Shown here: positions 19,628 through 28,649 of the stretch, one piece after another
Numbering within the stretch: position 1 is the stretch's first letter
Layout of the letters: every line of letters starts with the position of its first letter
Source of the DNA: Deltaproteobacteria bacterium
GTDB lineage: Bacteria > Myxococcota_A > UBA9160 > SMWR01
DNA length: 64,000 bases
Assembly (NCBI GenBank): GCA_032128115.1
Contig: JAQBHB010000078.1
Coordinates: forward strand, 32,001-96,000
Reading direction: 5' to 3'
Position numbers and translations under genes: made by a program
The notes under the pieces: model-generated
What the model saw: the letters and a program-made list of their open reading frames with translations, nothing else
Databases searched by the model: none
Told to the model about the DNA's origin: nothing

Positions 19628-21793
19628 CTACTCGCCCCACAGTGTCTGCCACCAGGGCTGCGAAGGTCCGGCGGGGCCGGCGAAACGAATGCGGTCGCGG
19701 ATGCCGCCCAGGCTCCAGCCGGTGAGCGACGCCAGGGACTGGGCCTCCCGCTCCTGGCGCTCGCGAAGCTCGCGCCGGTACGCCTCGGCGGCCTGGCAGG
19801 TGGCCGGACCCTCGAAGGCATGACGCAGGACGTAGCGGGCCTGGAAGTTGCTGCGGTCGCCGGTCTCCTGGAAGACCAGGTCGGCCGGGAAGTGCTCCGC
19901 GTCGTAGCGCACGTGCAGTCGCGTCACGAAGGCGTTTTGCTGCCGGCCCTGGCGCGGGTCGTTGCCGCCCAGCCAGAAAACGCCAAGACTTCGCTGCTCT
20001 TCCTGGGACAGGGGGTCGGCGGCGCACGGATCGCACCAGTTCATGTCCCAGGCATACTCGGTGAAAACGGTGCGCATGCTCTCCTTGCGCACCTGCTCGG
20101 AGAAGAGCGCCGAGTAGAAATCACCGAACTCGGCCTTCACGAAGACCGGCAGGTCCATGTCCGTGGCGAGCTTCACGGTGCGGTAGTTGGTGGTCTCGAC
20201 CCGGCCATTGCGCGTGAGCGTATAGACGAACAGCTCCTGGGTGCCGTCGGCGTTCAGGGTACCGAGGCGGATGGGCAGCATGAATTTCGGCGACTCGTAG
20301 GCCACCTGGAGCGGCCGCAGATAGTTGAAGCCCAGCTTCGACTGCTCGGCCAGGTTCACCTTGGCTACAAAAAAGCGCATCTTCTGCTTCAGGTAGCTGT
20401 CGAGCACGGACTCGGCTCCGTCCGGCAGCCGATAGCCGTTCTCGCGCAGCCAACCGGCGAGGCCATCGCTCTGCTCCGCCGACAGGATCAGGATGTCGTA
20501 CTCGCCGACGGTGTAGCGGGCCTCGATGGTGACTCCCGCGGCCCGCGCCCGCTTCGCTGCGTCGGCCGCGAACATCAGGTTCGCTCCGGAGGCACTGGGC
20601 AGGGCCATCTCCCTGTGAAGCGTCACCGCGCAGGGATCCGAATCGAAATACTCCACCAGGCGCGGCGACGTGTAGGCATCCAGGTGATCGATCACCGCGC
20701 GATCGCCCACGTGGATCTGGCCGCGCGCAACGAACGTGGGCACCGGAATCACCATGGCGAACTCTTCTGGCTCGCCCTTGAAGTCGTTGGACATGGTGAT
20801 GACCGTGCGGTCGCCGTCGCGGACCAGCACCACCTGGGAGGCTTCGTTGAAGAGCTTCGTGTCGGCCTTGGCCACGTAGAAGCCGCAGAATGCGCTTGCG
20901 GGGCTGCTTGCCAGCAGCACGAAGAGCAGCAGGAAGAGGAAATGGGGGGTCGTGCGGAAGAGTCGAATCGAACTCATGGGGTTCTCCTTCTTGGATGAAG
21001 CTGCCCGAGACCACGCGTAGCGCGAGCCCGGAAAGAGTCGGTCGAGAAGCGGCACCAGGGGTGCCGCGGTGGCGAGCGACCACAGTGGTCCATTGCTGCG
21101 GTAGAGGCCGAACTGCACGAGGAGCGCACCTGCCGCGACGATCGCGGCGAAAGCCAGGCGACCCGGTCGCGAGTCGGGAATCGTCTTCGGGTCGGAGATC
21201 ATGAAGAAGGCAAAGATCAAGAGGGCGCCGCTCTGGAGCCCGTGCAGGGGGATCGCCAGCGGCTCCCCCAGCCACACGGAGCGACCGATGCTGCCGGCGG
21301 CGTAGAAGGCCAGGAACGCCCAGGTGACATCGCTGCGCGCCGAGCCGTGCAGCACCAGCATCCCGAGCCCCGCCACCGCGAACCCGAACAGCGCCGGGCT
21401 GCCCCACTGGCCGGCCGAAACCCAGACGGCGCCGCTGCCCCCCGTGACGGCCATCATCACCACCAGGGCCAGGCACGTGGGGTTGAAGACGTGCTTGCCG
21501 TCGCGGCGGATCGCGAACTTGCTGGCGATGGCGAGGGTGGCGCCGGCGAGGGCCAGGGGCAGGGAATCCGTGCGCATCAGGAGCGACAGGGAGAGCCCCG
21601 AGATCAGGGCGCTCTTCGGGTCGAAGCGCGGGAGGCGAGCGATGCGGCTGCACACGAGTTGCGCAACCAGGGCCGTGGCCACTACCGCCAGTGTGCGACC
21701 TGCGCTCACCTCGAAGTCGAGGCAGAACCCCCCGTACGCCAGCAGGCTCGAGAGGACCGCAATCTGGTAGGGGCGGGGATCTTTGTTTGCCAT
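19628..21793 (-). CDS. In-frame fusion of an RnfD/NqrB-like membrane domain (N-terminal) and a DUF2330 domain (C-terminal; internal SD + ATG at 20977)
   Basis: SALISGLSL, KHVFNP, FFMISDPKT (RnfD-like); AFCGFYVAKAD...YAWDMNWCDPC...FVTRLHVRY (DUF2330-like). Confidence 0.8.
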   Translation of the reverse strand: MANKDPRPYQIAVLSSLLAYGGFCLDFEVSAGRTLAVVATALVAQLVCSRIARLPRFDPKSALISGLSLSLLMRTDSLPLALAGATLAIASKFAIRRDGKHVFNPTCLALVVMMAVTGGSGAVWVSAGQWGSPALFGFAVAGLGMLVLHGSARSDVTWAFLAFYAAGSIGRSVWLGEPLAIPLHGLQSGALLIFAFFMISDPKTIPDSRPGRLAFAAIVAAGALLVQFGLYRSNGPLWSLATAAPLVPLLDRLFPGSRYAWSRAASSKKENPMSSIRLFRTTPHFLFLLLFVLLASSPASAFCGFYVAKADTKLFNEASQVVLVRDGDRTVITMSNDFKGEPEEFAMVIPVPTFVARGQIHVGDRAVIDHLDAYTSPRLVEYFDSDPCAVTLHREMALPSASGANLMFAADAAKRARAAGVTIEARYTVGEYDILILSAEQSDGLAGWLRENGYRLPDGAESVLDSYLKQKMRFFVAKVNLAEQSKLGFNYLRPLQVAYESPKFMLPIRLGTLNADGTQELFVYTLTRNGRVETTNYRTVKLATDMDLPVFVKAEFGDFYSALFSEQVRKESMRTVFTEYAWDMNWCDPCAADPLSQEEQRSLGVFWLGGNDPRQGRQQNAFVTRLHVRYDAEHFPADLVFQETGDRSNFQARYVLRHAFEGPATCQAAEAYRRELRERQEREAQSLASLTGWSLGGIRDRIRFAGPAGPSQPWWQTLWGE

Positions 21794-21886
21794 CTCCCGG
21801 TAGGTCTCCCGGGAGTCGGAAATCGGATCACGCGCGGAGAAGTTCTACCGGGTTCGGCTAAGCTCCCGGGCCGGGGAGGAGCCGTG

Positions 21887-22156
21887 ATGGACATCCGGAT
21901 GGAGCGGGTCGGCGATGGCGAATTCCGCGTCACCGTGATGGAGGGCAGGACCCGCTCCTCGCATCAGGTGCGCGTCAGTCCCGAAGAACAGACGCGCTTC
22001 GGCGGCCAGTCGACTCCCGAGCAGCTCGTGGAAGAGTCCTTTCGTTTCCTGCTGGAACGCGAGGCCAAGGAAGCCATCCTGCAGAGCTTCGACCTGTCCG
22101 TCATCGAACGCTACTTCCCTGAGTTCGGCGAAGAAATCAAGAAGCGGCTGGGCTAG
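21887..22156 (+). CDS. Small hypothetical protein (89 aa)
   Basis: GGAGGA SD; MDIRMER...EESFRFLLEREAKEAILQSFDLSVIERYFPEF looks like a conserved small family. Confidence 0.75.
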   Translation: MDIRMERVGDGEFRVTVMEGRTRSSHQVRVSPEEQTRFGGQSTPEQLVEESFRFLLEREAKEAILQSFDLSVIERYFPEFGEEIKKRLG

Positions 22157-22222
22157 GGGCGGGGTTCAGACGTTCGCTCGCGTCATCTCTGCGGGCGCAG
22201 CGCAGCCCACGCAAATGCATGG

Positions 22223-22579
22223 CTAGAGCTCGCCGTCTTCGTAGACGACCACACCCAGGTTCTTGTTGGCCAGGGTGACGCCGATCTTGAGCGTGCCTTC
22301 CACGCGAATCTCTTCGCCCTGGAACGGGACGCGGCCATGGGGCTTTACCCAGACCCGCCCGGTGCCGTCGTCCAGCCGCACCAGGCTCTGACCGATCACC
22401 GGGATCGCCCACGTCTGCGTTACCACGCCCTCGACCGTCACCCGCTGCTCGTTGTAGCGGCCCGGGTCGGACGCCAGCTCCTGGATGCGCATGCGTGAGC
22501 TGCAGCCCCAGGCCGCGGCCAACGCAAGCACCACGCAGATCAGAACGCGAAGCGCGCGAAACCTCGTCGCGTTCGCCAT
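22223..22579 (-). CDS. OB-fold lipoprotein (hypothetical)
   Basis: Signal peptide ending [13 protein letters not shown]...[10 protein letters not shown]...IRVEGTL; GGAGGT SD. Confidence 0.7.
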   Translation of the reverse strand: MANATRFRALRVLICVVLALAAAWGCSSRMRIQELASDPGRYNEQRVTVEGVVTQTWAIPVIGQSLVRLDDGTGRVWVKPHGRVPFQGEEIRVEGTLKIGVTLANKNLGVVVYEDGEL

Positions 22580-22593
22580 CACGGGCTACCTCC

Positions 22594-22764
22594 TCAGAAG
22601 GGCCACACGGTCGACTGGACCATGTAGTCGTGAACCGCCAGGTGCAGGCCCAGGAGCATCGCGCCCATCAGCACGACACCGGTGACCACGGTAACGGCGA
22701 GCACCCATCGCTCGCCGCGGCTCGCGCGGTGCGCGACCACTTCTTCAAACACTTCGCTGGACAT
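22594..22764 (-). CDS. Small single-TM protein (56 aa), not in the ORF track
   Basis: MSSEVFEEVVAHRASRGERWVLAVTVVTGVVLMGAMLLGLHLAVHDYMVQSTVWPF. AGGGGG SD upstream; its stop abuts the SD of the next gene. Confidence 0.6.
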   Translation of the reverse strand: MSSEVFEEVVAHRASRGERWVLAVTVVTGVVLMGAMLLGLHLAVHDYMVQSTVWPF

Positions 22765-22859
22765 CGCGTCCGTACCCCCTCACGCGCGCTGCGCGATCGT
22801 TCGAGTGGAGTCGAATGCGCCCGGTGCGGGCGCGCTTCCTCTCCTCGGAATCGGGGGCG

Positions 22860-22940
22860 AATTCTTGAGCCCTATCAGGGAAATTCTTGAGCCCTATCAG
22901 TCAGATAGGGTGTCGGCGGCGTGAGATAGGGTGTCGGCGG
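22860..22940. repeat. Two adjacent tandem duplications flanking an inverted repeat
   Basis: AATTCTTGAGCCCTATCAG at 22860 and 22882; AGATAGGGTGTCGGCGG at 22903 and 22924; central CCCTATC-AGTCA-GATAGGG. Confidence 0.85.
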
Positions 22941-25695
22941 GCATTTCCGGGGGCGCCAGACGCACCAGCGCGTCGTCGGGAGCCAACAGCCGTGCCTCGG
23001 CCCAGGCCAGCACCTCGGCCTCCTGGCTGAACAGGATCACCTGGCGCTCGCGGCTCACGGCGTGCAACAGGTCGAGCACGGCCTCGGTGCGGGCCGCATC
23101 GGTCTGCACGGTCACGTCGTCCAGCAGCAGTGGGCACGACTCGCCCGCAGCCGTCAGGTGGGAGGCCAGCGCCATCCGCAGCAGCAGGTAGATCTGCTCG
23201 GCCGTTCCGTGGGAGAGACGCGCCGCAGGGCGCCAAGCGCCAGTCGCCTCGCATACCCGCACCTCCAGGGTGGCCGGGTCGAGGGTGATGTCCTGGTAGC
23301 GCGAGCCCGTCACCCGGGGCAGCCAAGCCCGCAGGGTGTCGGCCAGCACGGGCGCGATGCTGCGATAGACGCGCTCCTGGGCCGACACCAGGTACCCGCG
23401 CGTTCGCGCCAGGGTCTGACTCAAGGTCTCGATCCGGCTGAGTTCGGCCCGCGCCGCCTCGAGCGCCTCCTCCGCCTCGGGCACCCCCTGGAGCTGTAGC
23501 GTGCGCACATCGGTCTGGCCGCGCAGGCGTTGTGCTTCCTGCGAGGTTTCGCGCTCCTCACGTTCGAGCCGCAAAAGCTGTGCGGTCGGGTCGTCTTCGA
23601 GCATCACGTCCGGCTCTGGCGTTCCCAGCTCGCGACACAGCTGCTCGGCCCGCTGCTCGGCGCGCTCGGTCGCGTCCTCGAACTCCGGCAAGCTGCTGTC
23701 CCCGAGCAGTTGATCGAGCTCGGCGTACTCTCTCACCGCGGCGCCATGGGCCTCGAGTGCCAGGCGGCGCGCCTGGATCCAGCCGACCAGGCCGAGCACG
23801 CGAGTCTCGTCCGTGTCCTCCGCCGCCCCGCAGCGCTCGGCGCATTCGCGAAGGCCACGGCGCGCCGAATCGATGGCGAGCTCGGCCTCGGCCAACGAGG
23901 CCTCGCTGGCCTCGCGGGCGGCCAGCTGATCCTCGAGCCCCGACCGCCGCGCTGCGGCATGGGAGAGACCCGCCCGCCGTTGGCACTCGCGGCGGTAGTC
24001 GCTGAGTTCGGCTTCCGCGGGGCCCTGCACGCACACCCCCCGGGCACCCAGGGCCTCGACCGCGCGGTTTTCGGCCCGGGCGAGGCGCTGGCAGAGCTCC
24101 CCGTGGCGCACCTCCCATTCGTCGAGGCGACGGGTTGCGGCGGCGGCGGCCACCTCTTCGTCGGCCCGCGTCCGAAGCGCCGCCGGATCCGTCGGTACTC
24201 CCAGGGACTCGGCGCGCTCGCGCGCCCGGTCGCGACGCTGGCGCGCAACGCGGGCCAGGTGCTGCTCCGACGCCAGCGCCACCTCGACCCGGCGAAGCTC
24301 GCTGCGCGCGCCCGGCGGTAGGCCGTCGTCGCGGCGCACTCCGAACCACGTGAGCACCGCCAGACCGCAAGCACACAGCGGGGCCCCGACGATCGCCGGC
24401 CCCCACAACACACCCGCCCCACCCGCCAGGGCCAGCAACGCGCCGATGCCCATGGCCACGCGCCGCCGCGTCTCGAGCGACCTCACCCGGTCGCGTGCCT
24501 GATCGACCCGATCCGCAAGGCCCGGGTCCAGCTCCGGCTCCACCTGGGCGAGGGTGTGGGCCAGCTCGCGAAGCTCGTCCACGCTGAGCCCGGCTACCGG
24601 GTCGGCGGCGGGAGCCTCGGGTCTCGTGGCCCGATGCAGCTCCACGGCAGTTCGCGCCCCGTGCAACTCCTGGGCGGCGAGGTTCACGCTCTCGTGAACG
24701 TCGAGATCCCCGTCCGGCACCACCGGCAGGCCGGCGATTTCCCGACGCAGCTCCTCCGCTGAGAGTCCGCCGGGGCGGCGCAGCTCGGGGCGGTTCTCCC
24801 AGGCCGAGAGCGCCGCCGACACGCGTTGCGCCAGGGTGTCGTCGTCAAGCGGCGCCTGGGGGCGCCCCTCGGGAAAGCGCTTGGCCAGCGAGCGCACCCG
24901 CTCCAGGCGCGCTCGGCCGCCGCGCGCTTCACCAGCGGCCAGGGCCGCGCGCACCGCCAGCAGGCGCCGGGATGCGCCCTCCACGGCGGCCGCGGCCTCG
25001 TCGGCGGCGGCCGCCAACCGGAGGTAGTTCTCGTGATCTGCGGTCGCCCGGTCGCGACTCCGCTCCGCCGCCTCCACCGCCTCGAGTGCGCGGCGCAGGG
25101 GCTTGGTGGCGCCGGCGCGATTTACGCCCACGTGTTCGCTCAGATAGGCGTCGATGCGGTTCAGGGCGGCGCCCGCGGTCTCGTCGCGCCCGGCCGTGGC
25201 GGCCGCGCGTTGCAGGTGTTCCTGCAAGCGGTCCGGATCCTCGAGCACCCCGAGCACGTCGGTCTGGCGCACGCAGGCGGTGGCCAGGAAGGTGCGTCGA
25301 TCGAGGCCCAGGAACTTCGCCCCGTCCGGCGTGCCGTCGTTCATGATCTCCGCGGATACGTCGCGCCCAAGAGCGAGATCCGTGGCACTGCAATCCACCA
25401 TGCCGTCCAGGTCGTGGCGCAGGCCGATGCGCCGGCCGTCTGCCAGCGCAATCTCCACCGCCACCTGCCAGTCTTCGCGACTCCAGGGACGACGGCTTTC
25501 CTCGAAGTCGCGCTCTTCTTTCGACCGCCCCCCGCGCACGCGCCGGCGCCCGCACAGGCCCACATACAGGGCATCGTGCCAGGTGCTCTTGCCCGCCTCG
25601 TTGGCTCCGTGCACCAGGGTCAGGCCCGGCGCAAGTCGCAGCTCGGCATCCACCAGGCGCCCGAAGGCGCGCGCCTTCACGCATTCGATCCGCAC
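22897..25695 (-). CDS. YhaN/Rad50/SMC-like ATPase with long coiled coil and a central hydrophobic hairpin
   Basis: Walker A GANEAGKST, signature LSHGTAEQIYLLLR, Walker B LLLDD. Confidence 0.9.
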   Translation of the reverse strand: MRIECVKARAFGRLVDAELRLAPGLTLVHGANEAGKSTWHDALYVGLCGRRRVRGGRSKEERDFEESRRPWSREDWQVAVEIALADGRRIGLRHDLDGMVDCSATDLALGRDVSAEIMNDGTPDGAKFLGLDRRTFLATACVRQTDVLGVLEDPDRLQEHLQRAAATAGRDETAGAALNRIDAYLSEHVGVNRAGATKPLRRALEAVEAAERSRDRATADHENYLRLAAAADEAAAAVEGASRRLLAVRAALAAGEARGGRARLERVRSLAKRFPEGRPQAPLDDDTLAQRVSAALSAWENRPELRRPGGLSAEELRREIAGLPVVPDGDLDVHESVNLAAQELHGARTAVELHRATRPEAPAADPVAGLSVDELRELAHTLAQVEPELDPGLADRVDQARDRVRSLETRRRVAMGIGALLALAGGAGVLWGPAIVGAPLCACGLAVLTWFGVRRDDGLPPGARSELRRVEVALASEQHLARVARQRRDRARERAESLGVPTDPAALRTRADEEVAAAAATRRLDEWEVRHGELCQRLARAENRAVEALGARGVCVQGPAEAELSDYRRECQRRAGLSHAAARRSGLEDQLAAREASEASLAEAELAIDSARRGLRECAERCGAAEDTDETRVLGLVGWIQARRLALEAHGAAVREYAELDQLLGDSSLPEFEDATERAEQRAEQLCRELGTPEPDVMLEDDPTAQLLRLEREERETSQEAQRLRGQTDVRTLQLQGVPEAEEALEAARAELSRIETLSQTLARTRGYLVSAQERVYRSIAPVLADTLRAWLPRVTGSRYQDITLDPATLEVRVCEATGAWRPAARLSHGTAEQIYLLLRMALASHLTAAGESCPLLLDDVTVQTDAARTEAVLDLLHAVSRERQVILFSQEAEVLAWAEARLLAPDDALVRLAPPEMPADTLSHAADTLSD

Positions 25696-25696
25696 C

Positions 25697-26800
25697 CTAG
25701 AGCGCCTCCAGGTCGTCGCGCCCCTCGAGGGCCCGCAGCCCGGTGACCAGCACCGCCCGCCGCTCCTCGTCGTTCAGATCCCCGGCGGCGCGCACGTCGC
25801 GCACGAACGCGCCGCGCACGGTGGGTTCCATCTCGATCTCGTCGTAGTCGTAGGCCACGCAGAGCTCCGCACCGGCGCGCACCGTCAGGGCTTCGAGCGC
25901 CGCGGGCGTCTCGGACAACTCGCGCGGTCGGAGGTCCACCTGGGTGGCGAGGGTCCCCACCAGCGTGACGCGTGCCAACCCCTCGAGGCTCGCGATCTGC
26001 GCGCGCAGGTGATCCCGCACGTCCTGTTGGCTCGCGCACCCCGTCAGGTCGACCGTCAGGTCGTGGATCTTCGTGAGTTGGATCACGTGGCGCTCACGGG
26101 TCACCCGGCCGTCGGACTCCACGCGAACCTCCACTGCGGCCCGCTCGCCCTGCTCCCCGAAGCCCAGGGGATCCGGGTTGCCCGGATACGTGAAGTACTC
26201 GGCGTCCCGGGGCTGGTGGTAATGGCCCAGCAGGGCGTGCTGGATGCCGGCGCGCTGGATCTGGAGAGCTGCAAAGGGGGCGTGGGGGACCTTGCCGGAA
26301 CCCTGGGCGGCGAGCGACCCGTGTTCCGAACCGTGGAAGAGCGCCACGTGCACCCCGTCGCGATCCACCCGAAACCCCTCCAGGAAGCCGTCGGTGTTGG
26401 CAGGCGCCCGGTGAGCGGCGCCCCACAGGGTGAGTCCATCGGCGAGCTCCACCGGCATCAGGCGGTCCTCGCGGAAGATGTGGACGTTCTCGCTCCAGCG
26501 GTTGAGGGCGTACATGGATTCGGGCCCGAGCCAATCGTGGTTGCCCGGCGCCAGGTAGACCGGCAGTGAGCCCAGGCGCTCGAACGTGCCGCGCACGAAC
26601 TCGCTCGTGTCGGGTGTGAAGCGCTCGTGTTCGTACAGATCGCCGCCGCACACCAGCGCGTCCACGCCCAGGCGCATCGCCAGCTCGGCCACCGATGCCA
26701 GGGTCTCGCGCAGGCGCTGTCGCCAGGCGGAGGCCGCCCGTGGCCCCGCCCAGGCAAACGGTGCGTCCAGATGAAGATCCGAGAAGAGAAGCAGCCTCAC
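25697..26800 (-). CDS. Mre11/SbcD/YhaO-like metallophosphoesterase nuclease
   Basis: SDLHLD, GGDLYE, PGNHD, LGHYH, YPGNP; directly upstream of the SMC-like ATPase. Confidence 0.92.
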   Translation of the reverse strand: MRLLLFSDLHLDAPFAWAGPRAASAWRQRLRETLASVAELAMRLGVDALVCGGDLYEHERFTPDTSEFVRGTFERLGSLPVYLAPGNHDWLGPESMYALNRWSENVHIFREDRLMPVELADGLTLWGAAHRAPANTDGFLEGFRVDRDGVHVALFHGSEHGSLAAQGSGKVPHAPFAALQIQRAGIQHALLGHYHQPRDAEYFTYPGNPDPLGFGEQGERAAVEVRVESDGRVTRERHVIQLTKIHDLTVDLTGCASQQDVRDHLRAQIASLEGLARVTLVGTLATQVDLRPRELSETPAALEALTVRAGAELCVAYDYDEIEMEPTVRGAFVRDVRAAGDLNDEERRAVLVTGLRALEGRDDLEAL

Positions 26801-26971
26801 CCCGGGCGCATGATACCGCGCCGTCGGGCGGAGATCCCACGACTGTGCGAGACATGCCGTCGGTGCTACACGAAACCCCACGGGTCTGCGGCAGATCCGG
26901 CGGGTCAGGCTCGCGTTCGCAATCGCGTATCCGAGCGCGCAGCTGACGGAAACGACGCAAGGAGACTGCGA

Positions 26972-27415
26972 ATGGCGATCGAACGGGTCTTCGATCTGTG
27001 TACCTGGGGCATTCTCCCCTTCTGGGTGTTGCTGGCCGTCTCCCCACACGGCCTCTGGACCCGACGCCTGCTGCACTCCGGGCTGGCCCCGGCCGCCTTT
27101 GCAACCGTCTACACCGGGGCGCTGGCCCTGGGGTTGGGCACTGCCGAGGGAGGCAGCTTCTTCAGCCTGAACGGCGTAATGGCGCTCTTCCAGGCTCCGT
27201 TGCTCGCACTGACGGGCTGGGTCCACTATCTGGTCTTCGATCTCTTCATCGGCGCATGGGAGGTACGCGAGGCCCGGCGTTGCGGGATCCGCCACGCCTT
27301 CGCGCTGCCGTGCCTGTTCCTCACCCTGATGGCCGGCCCACTGGGCCTGCTGGCGTTCTTCGCCCTGCGCCTGGGAGTGGGTGGCGGCACGCCCCTCGAA
27401 GAGGGAAGCGCCTAG
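26972..27415 (+). CDS. ABA4-like (DUF4281) membrane protein
   Basis: GWVHYLVFDLFIG and LTLMAGPLGLL motifs; AAGGAG SD. Confidence 0.85.
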   Translation: MAIERVFDLCTWGILPFWVLLAVSPHGLWTRRLLHSGLAPAAFATVYTGALALGLGTAEGGSFFSLNGVMALFQAPLLALTGWVHYLVFDLFIGAWEVREARRCGIRHAFALPCLFLTLMAGPLGLLAFFALRLGVGGGTPLEEGSA

Positions 27416-27453
27416 GGCGGGTCGAGACGCGCCCCCGTGCGGCCACGGCTGCG

Positions 27454-27750
27454 GTGAGCGAGCCTGCCGGGGTGCCCTCCTGGATGCCCGGGCTGCTGTA
27501 CGGCGTATTCGCCACCCACCTTCCCTTCTTCGCCTGGCGTTGGGGGCGCAGCGGCGAACTTCGCCACGCGGCCACGAGCCTCACGTTCGCGCTCCTGGTG
27601 GTGACGTACTCCCTGCGCGTATTCGCGCCCGGGTTCGAGCATGCCGGAACGCCGCTGTACGCCTGGGTGCGGATCCCCGCCTGGGGCTCTGCCGCCGTCA
27701 GCATCGCCCTGTTGGTGCGACACGCGTTGGGCCTGCGGCGAGAAGGCTAG
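27454..27750 (+). CDS. Small hypothetical membrane protein (about 3 TM)
   Basis: Hydrophobic ORF filling the gap; start uncertain (GTG 27454 or ATG 27484). Confidence 0.55.
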   Translation: MSEPAGVPSWMPGLLYGVFATHLPFFAWRWGRSGELRHAATSLTFALLVVTYSLRVFAPGFEHAGTPLYAWVRIPAWGSAAVSIALLVRHALGLRREG

Positions 27751-28418
27751 GTAGCGGGACCGACCACGATCTTGCAGATGGCGTCGTCCATCACCTCGTT
27801 GCAGCTCTCGACGGCCAGGCGGCGGTCGTCGCCCTCCGGATTGCGCTCGATGCAGGCATCGACACACTCGCGGGACTGAAGGACGTTGTCCCCGTGGAAT
27901 TGATCACAGATCCACCAGCACTCCCTCGCCCGCCCGGTGGCGGCCTGCGCCATGTCGGAGTCGGGGACCTGGAAGGCGATCTCCAAGGGGATGCTCCCCA
28001 CCTCCGGCGTCAGCTGGATCAGGTTGACTCCCGCGGCGAACAGAACCACCAGCGAGCCGGCGACGCCCATGCCAGCGTGGCGGCTCCAGGCGAGACGATT
28101 GCGCGGGGTCCCGCTCAAGCGACTCAGCAGCCCTGGCCGCTCGGAGACGAACAGGCGCGGCAGCGCCGGCTCGGTCGGCGGCGACAGGGCTTCCGCCGCA
28201 ACGCGCTTGCGCTCCGCGGTCCGCGCCTCGCGAATCAATTCGCCACTCGAACACTCGGCGCAGACCTTCAGGCGGTTGCTGTGGCGCCAATAGCAGTACA
28301 CGATGCCAGGAACGATCCCGGCCAACCAGAGCAGAAGCTCCTTCCGATCCGAACCCTCGATGATCGTATCCGGCTCTCCCGTGTGGAAGCACTCGGTACA
28401 CATCATGCGAACGCCCAT
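27747..28418 (-). CDS. Hypothetical membrane protein with LITAF-like CxxC-hydrophobic-CxxC N-terminus and Cys-rich C-terminus
   Basis: CTEC...ELLLWLAGIVPGIVYCYWR...CAEC; a second TM segment; 6 Cys in the C-terminal domain. Start uncertain. Confidence 0.6.
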   Translation of the reverse strand: MGVRMMCTECFHTGEPDTIIEGSDRKELLLWLAGIVPGIVYCYWRHSNRLKVCAECSSGELIREARTAERKRVAAEALSPPTEPALPRLFVSERPGLLSRLSGTPRNRLAWSRHAGMGVAGSLVVLFAAGVNLIQLTPEVGSIPLEIAFQVPDSDMAQAATGRARECWWICDQFHGDNVLQSRECVDACIERNPEGDDRRLAVESCNEVMDDAICKIVVGPAT

Positions 28419-28649
28419 GCCGTCGGTCTCCGGAGTCGTCGGTATCCGGAGCTTCTCATCGGCATGGGGGCGCCATTTCTTGGGGGATGGCGACGCACGC
28501 GACGTGCCTCTGTGTTGCACGAAAGTTGCGCATGGGTGAATCGGAGTTGCCGGCGAGTTGCCTGCAAGTTGCCGGAGACTTGCCGGATCCAGGAGGGAGG
28601 GTCGGAAACGCGGTCCGCTACGGGAGCGCGGCTTCGACCGGATCGCGGT

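Noticed and set aside
19628..19630. In-frame TAG between DUF2330 and the AhpD-like gene as a pyrrolysine or read-through site
   Set aside because: DUF2330 ends naturally (WWQTLWGE), the downstream gene has its own SD, and nothing suggests Pyl machinery.
18755..20998. 747-aa + strand ORF, and similar long antisense ORFs (6020-8020, 8421-11177, 29728-32034, 35833-38100, 55648-57612)
   Set aside because: They lie opposite well-supported genes and have no recognisable domains.
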